The notes beneath the pieces are model-generated. The model was not told where the DNA came from, made no database searches, and saw only the letters and a list, made by a program, of their open reading frames with translations. From IMG/VR virus record IMGVR_UViG_3300021378_001388, positions 862 through 64,861 of that record: DNA of 64,000 nt. One strand, 5' to 3'. Source of the DNA: a virus. Taxonomy: Duplodnaviria > Caudoviricetes. A program made the translations under genes and the position numbers. Position 1 is the stretch's first letter, and each line of letters starts with the position of its first letter. Below are positions 9,453 to 18,751 of the stretch, one piece after another.

Positions 9453-9770
9453 TTAAGTCGTTGGCTCTAAAGATACTGATAAAGGATAATTTGCAACTCG
9501 GCTTGCTTTGACTGTCTCTTCAACTTTTTGTTCTGCGATTTCTAAGTTGTACATTCCTACGATTGCTTTTTCGTCTGTATGTATCTTATGGGCTAAATCA
9601 GCCGATGTGTCTTGGTCATGATTAAACAATGCCATAAGTATGTCAATAACAAAATCGAACGGAGTCTTATCATCATTGTGCATTACAACATAATACTGCT
9701 TCGGTTCGCCTATTGTTAATAACGAATTATCGGACGATTGTATCTTTTCTTTTTCGTTACTTTCAATCAT
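9453..9770 (-). CDS. clpS: N-degron adaptor ClpS
   Basis: YYVVMHNDDKTPFDFV...IHTDEKAIVG...YPL. Confidence 0.92.
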   Translation of the reverse strand: MIESNEKEKIQSSDNSLLTIGEPKQYYVVMHNDDKTPFDFVIDILMALFNHDQDTSADLAHKIHTDEKAIVGMYNLEIAEQKVEETVKASRVANYPLSVSLEPTT

Positions 9771-9803
9771 TATTACTCTCCCTCATATAGTATATATTTA
9801 TGC

Positions 9804-9833
9804 AAAAAAGAGACAAACATTTCTGTCTGTCTC
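9804..9833 (-). terminator. Rho-independent terminator after hsp20
   Basis: Stem GAGACAGACA-GAAA-TGTTTGTCTC followed by TTTTTT. Confidence 0.75.
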
Positions 9834-9875
9834 CCTTAATTATAACTAAATTAGTAGTTAAAGTCAAGTAACTTT

Positions 9876-10301
9876 TTAGTTAATTTTGATAGACTTTGGT
9901 TTCTTTTCTTCTGGAACAATGCGTTCTAAAGAAATGTAAAGCATACCATTTTCCATCTTGGCTTCTACTACCTCAACGTATTCTGCTAATTTCCAAGTTC
10001 TTGTAAAACTTCTATTAGCAATGCCCTTGTGTAGATATTGAATTTCTTCGGACTCTGCTTCTACTTTCTCACCTGTAATAGTAAGAATGCCTTCTTGTAC
10101 ATCGATTTTTAAATCATCTCGTACAAAACCAGCGAGTGCTAGTGTGATTTGATACTTATCATCACCAGAAGTCTCTACGTTGAAAGGGGGATACCCATTG
10201 TTTGTTCCAGTATTGAACGTTTGAAAGTCTTCGACCAATCGGTCAAATCCTAGCATTGTTCTGTGGAAGTCGGGCAGGGTTAATGTTGTAACTCTTGTCA
10301 T
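9876..10301 (-). CDS. Small heat-shock protein Hsp20/IbpA-like (start moved to ATG 10301)
   Basis: GFDRL, YPPFNV, LALAGF, YLHKGIANRSFTR and NGMLYI motifs; AAGGAG SD before 10301. Confidence 0.95.
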   Translation of the reverse strand: MTRVTTLTLPDFHRTMLGFDRLVEDFQTFNTGTNNGYPPFNVETSGDDKYQITLALAGFVRDDLKIDVQEGILTITGEKVEAESEEIQYLHKGIANRSFTRTWKLAEYVEVVEAKMENGMLYISLERIVPEEKKPKSIKIN

Positions 10302-10387
10302 AATTTTTCTCCTTATATTAAGCAAGTTATTATTGTTTGAGACCCTTTCGGCATCTCTGTAATATACTAAACACTATTGCTTAGTAC
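10302..10387 (-). promoter_or_regulatory. ROSE-like RNA thermometer / structured 5' UTR of hsp20
   Basis: Two hairpins followed by UUGCU positioned to pair with the AAGGAG SD. Confidence 0.55.
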
Positions 10388-10402
10388 ACTCTTATTTAGT
10401 CT

Positions 10403-10645
10403 TTATAAACCAATTTTCTCGGAAAATAACACTAAATCTTTTGCGGGACCTACATCACAAGGTAAGCCTCCATGTTCTTCTATGTACGCTGTTAGTACTG
10501 CTTTGTACCAATTCTGCGAGTTATGATGTGCTAATTTATTAAAACGTGCTATTCCATGACTTGTTCCGTCCATAGTTAGCAATGCTCTAGCGGACTCTTT
10601 CTGGAGAGTTCTTACATCTAGTGTTTCAATTACATCAATTGCCAT
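10403..10645 (-). CDS. Hypothetical protein
   Basis: 1-nt overlap (TAATG) with the rpsU stop. Confidence 0.65.
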   Translation of the reverse strand: MAIDVIETLDVRTLQKESARALLTMDGTSHGIARFNKLAHHNSQNWYKAVLTAYIEEHGGLPCDVGPAKDLVLFSEKIGL

Positions 10646-10908
10646 TAATACATTCTTTTCTTACGTAATACATTCTTTGCTTGTTCACGCTTTGTGCGTT
10701 GTTTGGCAGCCGCTTTCATTTTCTTTCTTTTTTCAGTCGGTTTAATAAATGCTTGACGTTCTCTAACTTCCTGAACTGTTCCTGCATCTGAGCATTTTCT
10801 CTTCCAAAGTCTTAATCCTCTTTCGAAGTTGTCGTGCTGTATTTCTACATGAGTTCCTATTGGTCTTTCTCTGCCTGTAACTTTCTTTTTTGGTGTAAAT
10901 TTAGCCAT
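10645..10908 (-). CDS. rpsU: Ribosomal protein bS21
   Basis: FERGLRLWKRKC...EVRERQAFIKPTEKRK pattern. Confidence 0.85.
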   Translation of the reverse strand: MAKFTPKKKVTGRERPIGTHVEIQHDNFERGLRLWKRKCSDAGTVQEVRERQAFIKPTEKRKKMKAAAKQRTKREQAKNVLRKKRMY

Positions 10909-11440
10909 CTTTGTATAGTAGTCCTATTATTCTATTGCCGTTTAATGCTAAGTTTGAATCCCATTTAAAGTTATCTAAATGTGTTTCAATCGCTTCTTTG
11001 AAATGATTAAATACTTCTGACCTATTCGCATTCTCTCTTCCACGCATCTGAATAGTTATCTTCACTTTTGCACCTTTTTCTAAAAAATCTTGGGCACGAT
11101 TTAATTTTATAAGTAAATCATGCTCACATATATTAGGTTTAAACTTTATTTCTTTTGTATCTATCTTTGCCGCTCTGGCTTTTTTAGCCATTTCCTTTTC
11201 GTTCTTCTGTAGTTCATATTTATACTTATTTAACTCAATGATTCTGGCAACAGGCGGTTCTGCTTTTTCAACAACTAGAACTAAGTCTAAGTTTTCTGCT
11301 TTAGCCATATCTAGTGCTTCTTTTTTGCTCATTACTCCTAATTGGACTCTATCTGGCCCTACTACTCGTAATGTATCAAATTTAATTTGATGGTTAGATA
11401 CAATCATAGTCTTTTGATTGTTCTTGTAAATTTTACCCAT
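10901..11440 (-). CDS. infC: Translation initiation factor IF3
   Basis: LRVVG...QLGVM...LDLVLV...[18 protein letters not shown] and MRGRE. Confidence 0.92.
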   Translation of the reverse strand: MGKIYKNNQKTMIVSNHQIKFDTLRVVGPDRVQLGVMSKKEALDMAKAENLDLVLVVEKAEPPVARIIELNKYKYELQKNEKEMAKKARAAKIDTKEIKFKPNICEHDLLIKLNRAQDFLEKGAKVKITIQMRGRENANRSEVFNHFKEAIETHLDNFKWDSNLALNGNRIIGLLYKDG

Positions 11441-12686
11441 CTATACCTTGTTCTGCTTTTTTATCATCTTCTGCATACACTAATATAGGGGTATCCACTT
11501 CTGCATCAATAAATTCTTTAGTAATAATAACTTTAACTAAACCTTCTTCTGCCAATTTTGGTAGAGTGAATTGTAATTTCAATAATGATTTTTCTATTAC
11601 ACTTCGTAGTCCTCTTGCACCCGTTGTATCTTCGTGTGCAATTTTGGCTATTGCGGACAATGTGTCATCGCCCATTTCTAGTTCTACGCCATCTAATGAA
11701 AATAACTTTTTGAACTGTGCAACTATACTGTTCTTTGGTTCAACTAGAATTCTAACTAGTTCTGATTGTGTTAATTCATCTAATCCTACGACTATTGGAA
11801 ATCTACCCATAAATTCTGGAATCAATCCATATTTAAGAAGGTCCTGTGTTTTAATATGTTCTCTAGTATTACACGCAGAAGTTTCTTTTTGTTTAGCACC
11901 AAACCCAATCCCAGGACTTGTGTTAACTCTGTTCTCTACAATCTTGTCAATGCCTACGAATGCACCGCCAACAATGAATAGAATCTTTCTAGTGTCTACT
12001 TCAATCATTTCTTGGTTTGGATGTTTACGACCCCCGCCAGGTGGGACACGAACAACTGTTCCTTCAACGATTTTAAGTAGTGCTTGTTGTACACCTTCAC
12101 CAGAAACGTCTTTTGTGATTGATAAGTTTTCACCTTTTTTGGCTTTCTTATCAATTTCATCAATGTAAACAATGCCACGTTCGGCTTTTTCAACATCAAA
12201 ATCTGCTGAAATAAGTAATCGTTGAACAACATTCTCTACATCTTCACCAACATAACCACTTTCAGTTAATGTAGTTGCATCAATTTGAGCAAACGGAACA
12301 TCAAGGAACTTAGCAATAGTTTTACCTATCAACGTTTTACCTGTGCCACTAGGACCGAAACACAAGATATTAGATTTATCTAATTCGATATCAGTGTCGG
12401 TAGAATTGACACGTTTATAATGATTATATACTGCGACTGCAATTACTTCTTTTGCTTCGTTTTGACCAATAACGTGATTATCCAAATACTCTTTAATTTC
12501 TTCTGGAGTAACTGTTGTAGTATCGTAATCAGGATTATCTACTTTTGATTTTACTTCGTGGATAATGTCATGGCATAAATCAATACACTCATTACAAATG
12601 TATTGATTTGGTCCTGCAATTAATGTTTTAATTTCGTTCTTTGGTTTTCCACAAAATGAACATTTAAACTCTTTATTTTCTGCCAA
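11433..12686 (-). CDS. clpX: ATP-dependent Clp protease ATPase ClpX
   Basis: C4 zinc-binding domain, [16 protein letters not shown] pore loop, RKH loop, IGF loop; TTG start. Confidence 0.97.
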   Translation of the reverse strand: MAENKEFKCSFCGKPKNEIKTLIAGPNQYICNECIDLCHDIIHEVKSKVDNPDYDTTTVTPEEIKEYLDNHVIGQNEAKEVIAVAVYNHYKRVNSTDTDIELDKSNILCFGPSGTGKTLIGKTIAKFLDVPFAQIDATTLTESGYVGEDVENVVQRLLISADFDVEKAERGIVYIDEIDKKAKKGENLSITKDVSGEGVQQALLKIVEGTVVRVPPGGGRKHPNQEMIEVDTRKILFIVGGAFVGIDKIVENRVNTSPGIGFGAKQKETSACNTREHIKTQDLLKYGLIPEFMGRFPIVVGLDELTQSELVRILVEPKNSIVAQFKKLFSLDGVELEMGDDTLSAIAKIAHEDTTGARGLRSVIEKSLLKLQFTLPKLAEEGLVKVIITKEFIDAEVDTPILVYAEDDKKAEQGIDG

Positions 12687-12703
12687 TATTATACCTTTTG
12701 CCT

Positions 12704-12949
12704 TTATTTAATATTCGTATCAACGTCATCTAACCAACCATCTCGCTTGAATACTTCAGTATTTATCTTACGTTGAACTTCTTCAGGAGTAATTATTTCT
12801 TCGACTTCTTCGTCAATCTCGGCATCATCTAAGACAACACCTATATTGTCGTCAATTTCTTCGGGTTCCTCAGATGTTGCGATATCTATTACTTCATCAT
12901 TAGTAATATTATCGCTTATTTTCGGTGAAATGTCAAGTGATTTCTTTAC
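12704..12949 (-). CDS. 81-aa acidic open frame with no start codon; probable -1 frame extension of the upstream membrane protein
   Basis: Open from the A11 run to TAA at 12704 ([10 protein letters not shown]...[13 protein letters not shown]); fills the gap to clpX. Confidence 0.55.
   Translation of the reverse strand, partial: VKKSLDISPKISDNITNDEVIDIATSEEPEEIDDNIGVVLDDAEIDEEVEEIITPEEVQRKINTEVFKRDGWLDDVDTNIK
12908..12936 (-). promoter_or_regulatory. sigma70-like promoter for clpX-infC-rpsU
   Basis: TTGACA-17-GATAAT. Confidence 0.55.
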
Positions 12950-14436
12950 TTTTTTTTTTTGAAAGAAAATTTGTCGAATATTTCTTCTTGTCTGCCACCA
13001 TTATTTCTGTTTTGAAAACTATAGTTTGCCGCAATCAATAGTAATACTGCTAATGGGTCAAACACAAAAATGAATACAATGATAAGCCATCTAACTGCTT
13101 CATCGATTGTATCGTTGTCTGTGTTATCATAGACCATTTCTGCGATGTACTTGATAGGTCCTATCTCTGTTGCAATTGCTCTAATCTCACGTTCTAGTTC
13201 AAACTTCTGGTCAATCAAAACATCAATAGCATCATCATTAGCATTTATCGTTAATTGTAGTGCATCTACTTCTGCTGAGTTATCAACCTGTGATACATTT
13301 AACAATTCATTTCTTAGTCTATCAAGGATAATTAAAGAACCCGCAACTTCTCTATCTGCTTTCTCACGCAATCTTTTGATTTCTTCTCTAGCGGAAGATA
13401 TTACAGGAGACTCTATACCTCTTGCATCTTCAATTTTCACTAGTAATTCCATCTTACGTTCATTTACTGATTGAGTATCTTCACTTCTTAACTTCGTTAC
13501 CATATTGCTAAGTCTAATACGCTCTTGTTTGTATTGATTTTCAAAGTCTTTACGAACTTCTGCAATCTTCATTCCTAGTTCAGTTAACTTTACTGCATTT
13601 GCTTCATTCCATTCTTTAAGAACTTCTGCATTTCTCCAGTAACCCCAAGGAATACCAACTACTTGTTGTGCTTTCTTCAAGTCTTCTTGTGTACCAGATT
13701 TTGACATCTCTTTAAATGTAGAAATGTCTGATTTGATTTTGTTAATTTGGTCCTGAAATGGTGCTACTGCATAATCATAACTTGTTGTATCTTTGCCGAC
13801 ATTAGTAATATCATTTTCATACTTCTTGGCTTGTTCTTCTAGTTTATCAAGTTCTTTATCTAGGCTATCCATTTGATTTAAATATGGTGCAACCTTATCA
13901 TCATCTTTTGATAGTTCAGTAGTGATGATTACATTCTGTTCATCGATAGAAGGTTGAATACGAACCATAACATTGTCCATTCTATTTTCTTCTGTATCGA
14001 TTTGGTCTTGTACTTTTGAAGTATCTGTTTCACCTTCGGAATCTAATTTTATAATCTTGTTTTCAAGTCTATTATTTGTGCTTTCATATCTAGCCATATC
14101 TTGTACGACACGTTCAATACGGGCAGTATTTTCTTCACTGTCTGCCGCTTGTTCTAAATGTGCTTTTGATAGAAAACCAAAAATACCCATTGAAGTAATA
14201 AGCATTAAGATTACTACCGCAATTGTAAGATATGATTTTAAAAGAAATGGCGCCCTTTTCCAGTTTCTATAAACCCAAGATGCTGAAACTAATTTGCCCA
14301 CTTCTAATGCTACTGCCATAATGGCAACTGAAACTGCTGATGCAGTAAAGATAGCCATAAGACCCGCAACTGAAAACCAAGCGGCAATTGCCGCAATTGT
14401 GATGGCGGTTATAAATGTAATTATTGGAAATAACAT
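12946..14436 (-). CDS. Membrane-anchored coiled-coil protein
   Basis: N-terminal TM helices (LEVGKLV, ITSMGIFGFLSKAH), long coiled coil, C-terminal TM (VFDPLAVLLL); ends in an A11 run. Confidence 0.75.
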   Translation of the reverse strand: MLFPIITFITAITIAAIAAWFSVAGLMAIFTASAVSVAIMAVALEVGKLVSASWVYRNWKRAPFLLKSYLTIAVVILMLITSMGIFGFLSKAHLEQAADSEENTARIERVVQDMARYESTNNRLENKIIKLDSEGETDTSKVQDQIDTEENRMDNVMVRIQPSIDEQNVIITTELSKDDDKVAPYLNQMDSLDKELDKLEEQAKKYENDITNVGKDTTSYDYAVAPFQDQINKIKSDISTFKEMSKSGTQEDLKKAQQVVGIPWGYWRNAEVLKEWNEANAVKLTELGMKIAEVRKDFENQYKQERIRLSNMVTKLRSEDTQSVNERKMELLVKIEDARGIESPVISSAREEIKRLREKADREVAGSLIILDRLRNELLNVSQVDNSAEVDALQLTINANDDAIDVLIDQKFELEREIRAIATEIGPIKYIAEMVYDNTDNDTIDEAVRWLIIVFIFVFDPLAVLLLIAANYSFQNRNNGGRQEEIFDKFSFKKKK

Positions 14437-14462
14437 AATAAATACCTCCTCTATAATGTAAT

Positions 14463-14488
14463 AAAAAAGCCTCTAAGAAGAGGCTTTT
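14463..14488. terminator. Bidirectional terminator-like hairpin
   Basis: AAAAAAGCCTCT-AAGA-AGAGGCTTTT. Confidence 0.65.
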
Positions 14489-14555
14489 GTTTCTCTCATA
14501 TGTATTTATGAGATATTATAGCGAAATTGTGTTATCAGTTATAATAAGTGTGTAC

Positions 14556-15086
14556 TTAATTCAACGATAACGACATTCTTACTGGCACAGTTGACCCTAC
14601 TGAGTACTGTCTGTCAGTTCTAAAAGTTGGTGTAAAATCATCAAATCCATCACCTAACTCTATTGCTACTGTTGTTGAATATCCAGTCACTACTTCGGTT
14701 ACTGCTCTTACATAAGTAATCTCACACTGTTCTACTTGTTTGTAACCTACGATTACTTTTTGACCACCGTGGTTCTCGCCTGCTTTCGCACCAAGAATAG
14801 CACCGAAGATAGTAGCGGCATCTTTACCAGAACCTTTACCTACTTGATTGCCTAGAACCCCACCGATGATAGCACCAGCAATTGCATCACCGGCTGTGCC
14901 TTTAGTGTTGCCATAGACAGGAACTTCTACGATGTTACAAGTCTTTTCTGGAACTTCTCTTATTACATCTTTTACGATAGCAGTACTTGATAAAACTGTA
15001 CCGTCTATTGAAACACTTGTGCCTGCTGACACATTTGTAGCAAGTAAACTTAGTCCTAATGTTACTATTGTCAATATATATTTCAT
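14556..15086 (-). CDS. Glycine-zipper 2TM envelope protein (start moved to ATG 15086)
   Basis: Signal peptide; GAIIGGVLGNQVGKGSGKDAATIFGAILGA; AAGGAG SD. Confidence 0.8.
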   Translation of the reverse strand: MKYILTIVTLGLSLLATNVSAGTSVSIDGTVLSSTAIVKDVIREVPEKTCNIVEVPVYGNTKGTAGDAIAGAIIGGVLGNQVGKGSGKDAATIFGAILGAKAGENHGGQKVIVGYKQVEQCEITYVRAVTEVVTGYSTTVAIELGDGFDDFTPTFRTDRQYSVGSTVPVRMSLSLN

Positions 15087-15117
15087 TTTTAACTCCTTTA
15101 GTTGTTGATTCTTAATT

Positions 15118-15151
15118 ATTATAGCATAAAACCGATTTTTGTCAAGTTTTT
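15118..15151 (-). promoter_or_regulatory. Early-type promoter, 16-bp spacer class
   Basis: AAAAACTTGACA-16-TATAAT with TGn. Confidence 0.65.
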
Positions 15152-15648
15152 GCTGTTTTTTTAAGTTTATATTCAAAATTTTGTGAAGAATCGTTAATTT
15201 TAAGTAATTTTGCACCATTTCTAATGTGAAAATGTGTTGCCATAGGTGTTAAAGGCGACAATGTGACTACTTTTCTGATATTCGTATTTACAGTGAGATA
15301 ATCTTTCAGTTTCGCCATAATCTCTTTACCAGCACCTCTCTTGCGACTCCAAACAGTATATGCCACTGCTGTATTGAAATCTTCTTTAAGATGTGCATTT
15401 TGACTTATTAAGTCTAATTCTCGTACACTTTGTGGTACATCGTTACAATATGCTACACAAATAACACCTTCAATGTTATCTTCATATTTCAGTCCGTATA
15501 TCTTACGACTGTAACTAGTTCTAAATTCTAAATCTAATTCTGGCCTAACTGGGTCTTCACTGACATCAATATCTGTTAGTTCTACAAGTTCAGTTCCCTT
15601 AACCCAATGAAAAAAGTCATCAAGTCGTGTCTTAAATGTTTTCATCAA
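15142..15648 (-). CDS. Hypothetical protein, possibly GNAT-like
   Basis: YTVWSRKRGAGKEIM and FHIRNGA resemble GNAT motifs A and B. Confidence 0.45.
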   Translation of the reverse strand: MMKTFKTRLDDFFHWVKGTELVELTDIDVSEDPVRPELDLEFRTSYSRKIYGLKYEDNIEGVICVAYCNDVPQSVRELDLISQNAHLKEDFNTAVAYTVWSRKRGAGKEIMAKLKDYLTVNTNIRKVVTLSPLTPMATHFHIRNGAKLLKINDSSQNFEYKLKKTAKT

Positions 15649-15660
15649 TATATTATTCCT

Positions 15661-16005
15661 CTACTCTTTATCAAACTGGTCTAACAATGGGGTTTTATCT
15701 TCTGTGTATCCTTCTTTAGGATTATATTTGTCTGCATCTGGCAACGGGTCTATCTGCTCAACGATAACTGGCCATATCTGTGACATCTTGTCATTTATAT
15801 CTAAAAGTCTCTGTGTAAATTTTGGATGATTATCGGCTATGATTGCTTCTGCAGGACATTCTGGTTCACAAACTCCACAGTCAATACATTCATCTGGATT
15901 AATAACCAACATATTTTCACCTTCATAGAAACAATCAACCGGACAAACCTCTACACAATCTGTATACTTACATTTTATACAATCTTGGGTTACTACATAT
16001 GCCAT
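15661..16005 (-). CDS. fdxA: 7Fe-type ferredoxin
   Basis: [18 protein letters not shown] and [12 protein letters not shown]. Confidence 0.93.
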   Translation of the reverse strand: MAYVVTQDCIKCKYTDCVEVCPVDCFYEGENMLVINPDECIDCGVCEPECPAEAIIADNHPKFTQRLLDINDKMSQIWPVIVEQIDPLPDADKYNPKEGYTEDKTPLLDQFDKE

Positions 16006-16010
16006 CTCAT

Positions 16011-16163
16011 CTATTCCTCATCTAAATATTTACCTGTACTTTTCATCTCTCTTTTTCTGTCTATCTCTACTTTGCTTCTAAACCTAGGAGTACGGAGTGC
16101 TTTAGCAACAGGGTTTCTTTTATTAATTTTCAATTTTTTCTTCTTGCTCTTCTTCTTTGCCAC
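16011..16163 (-). CDS. Small basic protein, possibly ArfA-like (probable GTG start at 16163)
   Basis: [18 protein letters not shown]; the promoter lies inside the longer ORF-track version, so the start must be downstream of it. Confidence 0.5.
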   Translation of the reverse strand: MAKKKSKKKKLKINKRNPVAKALRTPRFRSKVEIDRKREMKSTGKYLDEE

Positions 16164-16177
16164 GACTCTATTCCATA

Positions 16178-16225
16178 AATTACGCCAGTTAGATATATTA
16201 TAACCCAAACTGGCGTAATTGTCAA
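16178..16225 (-). promoter_or_regulatory. Consensus sigma70 promoter with a 13-bp inverted repeat around the -10
   Basis: TTGACA-17-TATAAT; AATTACGCCAGTT-N17-AACTGGCGTAATT. Confidence 0.7.
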
Positions 16226-16242
16226 CTATTTTTAGAGTTTTT

Positions 16243-16401
16243 TTAGCCTTTAGTTAATACTTGGTAGGCACCGAATGCAATAGCGGCATAAGCGGCTATG
16301 TTGACCCAACTACCTAGAAAAAGAATTACTAAACCCACTGCAACTAAACCTAGTCCGCCGTGTGAGGCTTTTTCTTTTAATCTACTTGTTAAAAATCCCA
16401 T
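16243..16401 (-). CDS. 52-aa two-TM membrane protein (absent from the ORF track)
   Basis: MGFLTSRLKEKASHGGLGLVAVGLVILFLGSWVNIAAYAAIAFGAYQVLTKG; AAGGAG SD. Confidence 0.75.
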   Translation of the reverse strand: MGFLTSRLKEKASHGGLGLVAVGLVILFLGSWVNIAAYAAIAFGAYQVLTKG

Positions 16402-16415
16402 ATTATTACTCCTTT

Positions 16416-17357
16416 CTAATTGTATCTCTCATTTATAAATTTATATAGCAGTATTGCTACTTCCATATGTCCATCGATATTCCAATGTATGCCATAGTTT
16501 GATATATAATGGTCTACATCTCCGTTGTGACTATTACCCAGGTTACTAAGATAACTTTGCAAATTTCTATTTTCTCCCAAATCACTAATTGTTAAATGAT
16601 TAAGTAACGGATTTTCGTCAACTAGTTCTTTGTGATACGAATTAAAAAAGTCCATCTCCTTCCAAACATAACGGTCATCATCGTTATATAAAAAACTTGA
16701 ATAGGTGCCATCAACGGCTTTTTTACTCACATATCTAAATGGATTATCTCTCACCATACGATAATCTAAATCATTAATTCCATCAAATGTTAGATAAGGA
16801 ACATCATAACTAGATAATAGATAATACAACGCTCTCCGTTGTTTTATATGATTAAACACATCTTGTATACTGTTCCTAAAAATGCCCCAATTTTGAGCAA
16901 GTGTTTTAGGATTTACACCGGTGTAATTTGTTTTCCATGGATAAGTAACCTTACCGTCAGATGAAATCATACTAGGGTTCATTCCTACTACTTCATATTC
17001 GTTCTTATCATCTATTTTAAAAAATTGTACATATCTGCTAGAACTAGTAAAATTAAATAAGATAAAAACTTTCTTTTTTGGATTACTGCGTAAAAAACTC
17101 TCTAAAGACATCATCGACCTGTCGTTAGATGCTCCTAGAAATCCAAAGTTTATTGAGTCTTTAAATCCTAAACTTTCAGTGAGAAATTGAGTGTATGAAT
17201 TACTGTTACATCCTGTTATATACTCCTGCTCAAGTTCAGTATCTACTGGCTCTCTCATAAGAAATTCTGGCTTAGGAATAGTATCTTCGCCGAAAGTGAA
17301 ACTATCTCCGAAACTAACTAATGTATATTCTGATAAATTCATTTTACTTACTGCCAA
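16416..17357 (-). CDS. SGNH/GDSL-like hypothetical protein
   Basis: FGDSFTFG, NFGFLGASN and C-terminal HWNIDGH. Confidence 0.55.
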   Translation of the reverse strand: MAVSKMNLSEYTLVSFGDSFTFGEDTIPKPEFLMREPVDTELEQEYITGCNSNSYTQFLTESLGFKDSINFGFLGASNDRSMMSLESFLRSNPKKKVFILFNFTSSSRYVQFFKIDDKNEYEVVGMNPSMISSDGKVTYPWKTNYTGVNPKTLAQNWGIFRNSIQDVFNHIKQRRALYYLLSSYDVPYLTFDGINDLDYRMVRDNPFRYVSKKAVDGTYSSFLYNDDDRYVWKEMDFFNSYHKELVDENPLLNHLTISDLGENRNLQSYLSNLGNSHNGDVDHYISNYGIHWNIDGHMEVAILLYKFINERYN

Positions 17358-17815
17358 CGTGTTCTTCTTCGTCCCTTATTTTTTGCACCTCTTGTGTCGA
17401 ATGTGATGCCATTAAGATGGTCGCATTCGTGTTGAAATGCTTGTGCCCATACTCCAACAAATGTTGATGACTTTCTTTCTCCTTGTAAATCTGTAAATGT
17501 TCCTATAATACTATTAGGTCTAGTTATTTTTAATTCCAAACCAGGAAAACTTACACATCCTTCTAAGAATTCTTCATCTTCACTATCTTCTGCTTTATCC
17601 CACATTGGATTTATACAAACAACAAAACCAGTATCTTCGTGACCAATTATCATAAGTGCTGTATTTTCACCAACTTGTGGAGCGGCAAGGCCAATTGCAT
17701 CATTTTCTTGCATTATTACAATCATATCATAAACTAATTTCTCAGAATGTTCTGAAATAATGTGTTCATCACACTTAGTTTTCAATATCTTATTTTTTTT
17801 ATCGACTAGTTTCAT
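17348..17815 (-). CDS. def: Peptide deformylase
   Basis: IGLAAPQVG, EGCVS and QHECDHLNG. Confidence 0.95.
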   Translation of the reverse strand: MKLVDKKNKILKTKCDEHIISEHSEKLVYDMIVIMQENDAIGLAAPQVGENTALMIIGHEDTGFVVCINPMWDKAEDSEDEEFLEGCVSFPGLELKITRPNSIIGTFTDLQGERKSSTFVGVWAQAFQHECDHLNGITFDTRGAKNKGRRRTRWQ

Positions 17816-17845
17816 TTTTTATTCCTTGTTGATATACTGTAATAT

Positions 17846-18751
17846 TTATTCATTTTTAAATATTTTTTCAAACATCGCATTTAGACCAGGAACTATCAAA
17901 GTCTCTGGAGACCAATGTAGTAAATGCTTAGTCTTACTAATATCTGCTAATGTCTCTGGTGCATAACCTTTTGGTTTATCTATATTAATTGCTTCTAAAT
18001 CTGGTCTATGTTCTTTCAGTATATCAACAACTGCATTGACTGATATATTATTTCCAGTGCCTACATTGAATGTATCATTCTTAACTTTGCTTTCCATACT
18101 GGCAATACAAGCCCTCGCAACATCAGATACGTGAATATAATCTCTTTTGAATTCACCATCGCCGTGAATAGTTACTGGTTTTCCTTCTTTAATAAGTTGA
18201 GCAAACTTTCCAAACATCAAAGAAGTAGGTTGATTTTCTGAATACACGGTAAAGAAACGTAAAATGTTATAATTCAAATCAAACATAATCTTGTATTGTT
18301 TACATAAGTGTTCGCCAAATAATTTTGACATTGCATAATAATTTAATGGGTCTGGTTTATGCGTTGGTTTATTAGGAGCCGTGTTGTTACCATATACCGA
18401 ACTAGAACCTGCATACACAAATTTCTTAACACCCACCGCACTAGCGGCAGTTAGTATGTTTCTTGTGCCTACTACGTTATCATCAAAGTAAGCATCTGGA
18501 TTAATAAAACTCTCTGGAATTCTGGCTTTACCTGCTAAATGAATAATGTAATCTTGTCCTGCACAAGCCATTACGCATCGTGCGGCATTTGATAAGTCTC
18601 CCTTAATATACTTGACATGGTCTAAACCAATTGGTTTATCTGCTCTATCTAAGATAGTTATTTCATACCCTTTTTGATGTAACTGCGTTACTAATTCAGT
18701 ACCTATAAAACCTGAACCACCTGTTACTAATACTTTGCCTTTAGTTTCCAT
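17846..18751 (-). CDS. NAD-dependent epimerase/dehydratase
   Basis: TGGSGFIG, SSSVYG, YAMSK and RDYIHVSD. Confidence 0.92.
   Translation of the reverse strand: METKGKVLVTGGSGFIGTELVTQLHQKGYEITILDRADKPIGLDHVKYIKGDLSNAARCVMACAGQDYIIHLAGKARIPESFINPDAYFDDNVVGTRNILTAASAVGVKKFVYAGSSSVYGNNTAPNKPTHKPDPLNYYAMSKLFGEHLCKQYKIMFDLNYNILRFFTVYSENQPTSLMFGKFAQLIKEGKPVTIHGDGEFKRDYIHVSDVARACIASMESKVKNDTFNVGTGNNISVNAVVDILKEHRPDLEAINIDKPKGYAPETLADISKTKHLLHWSPETLIVPGLNAMFEKIFKNE

Noticed and set aside
9804-9867. Promoter-like TTGACT-17-TATAAT immediately followed by a terminator (similar late box plus hairpin at 14463-14510), suggesting tiny sRNAs
   Set aside because: The products would be only about 30 nt. Leaky termination or transcript-stabilising hairpins explain the layout equally well, and there is no independent support.
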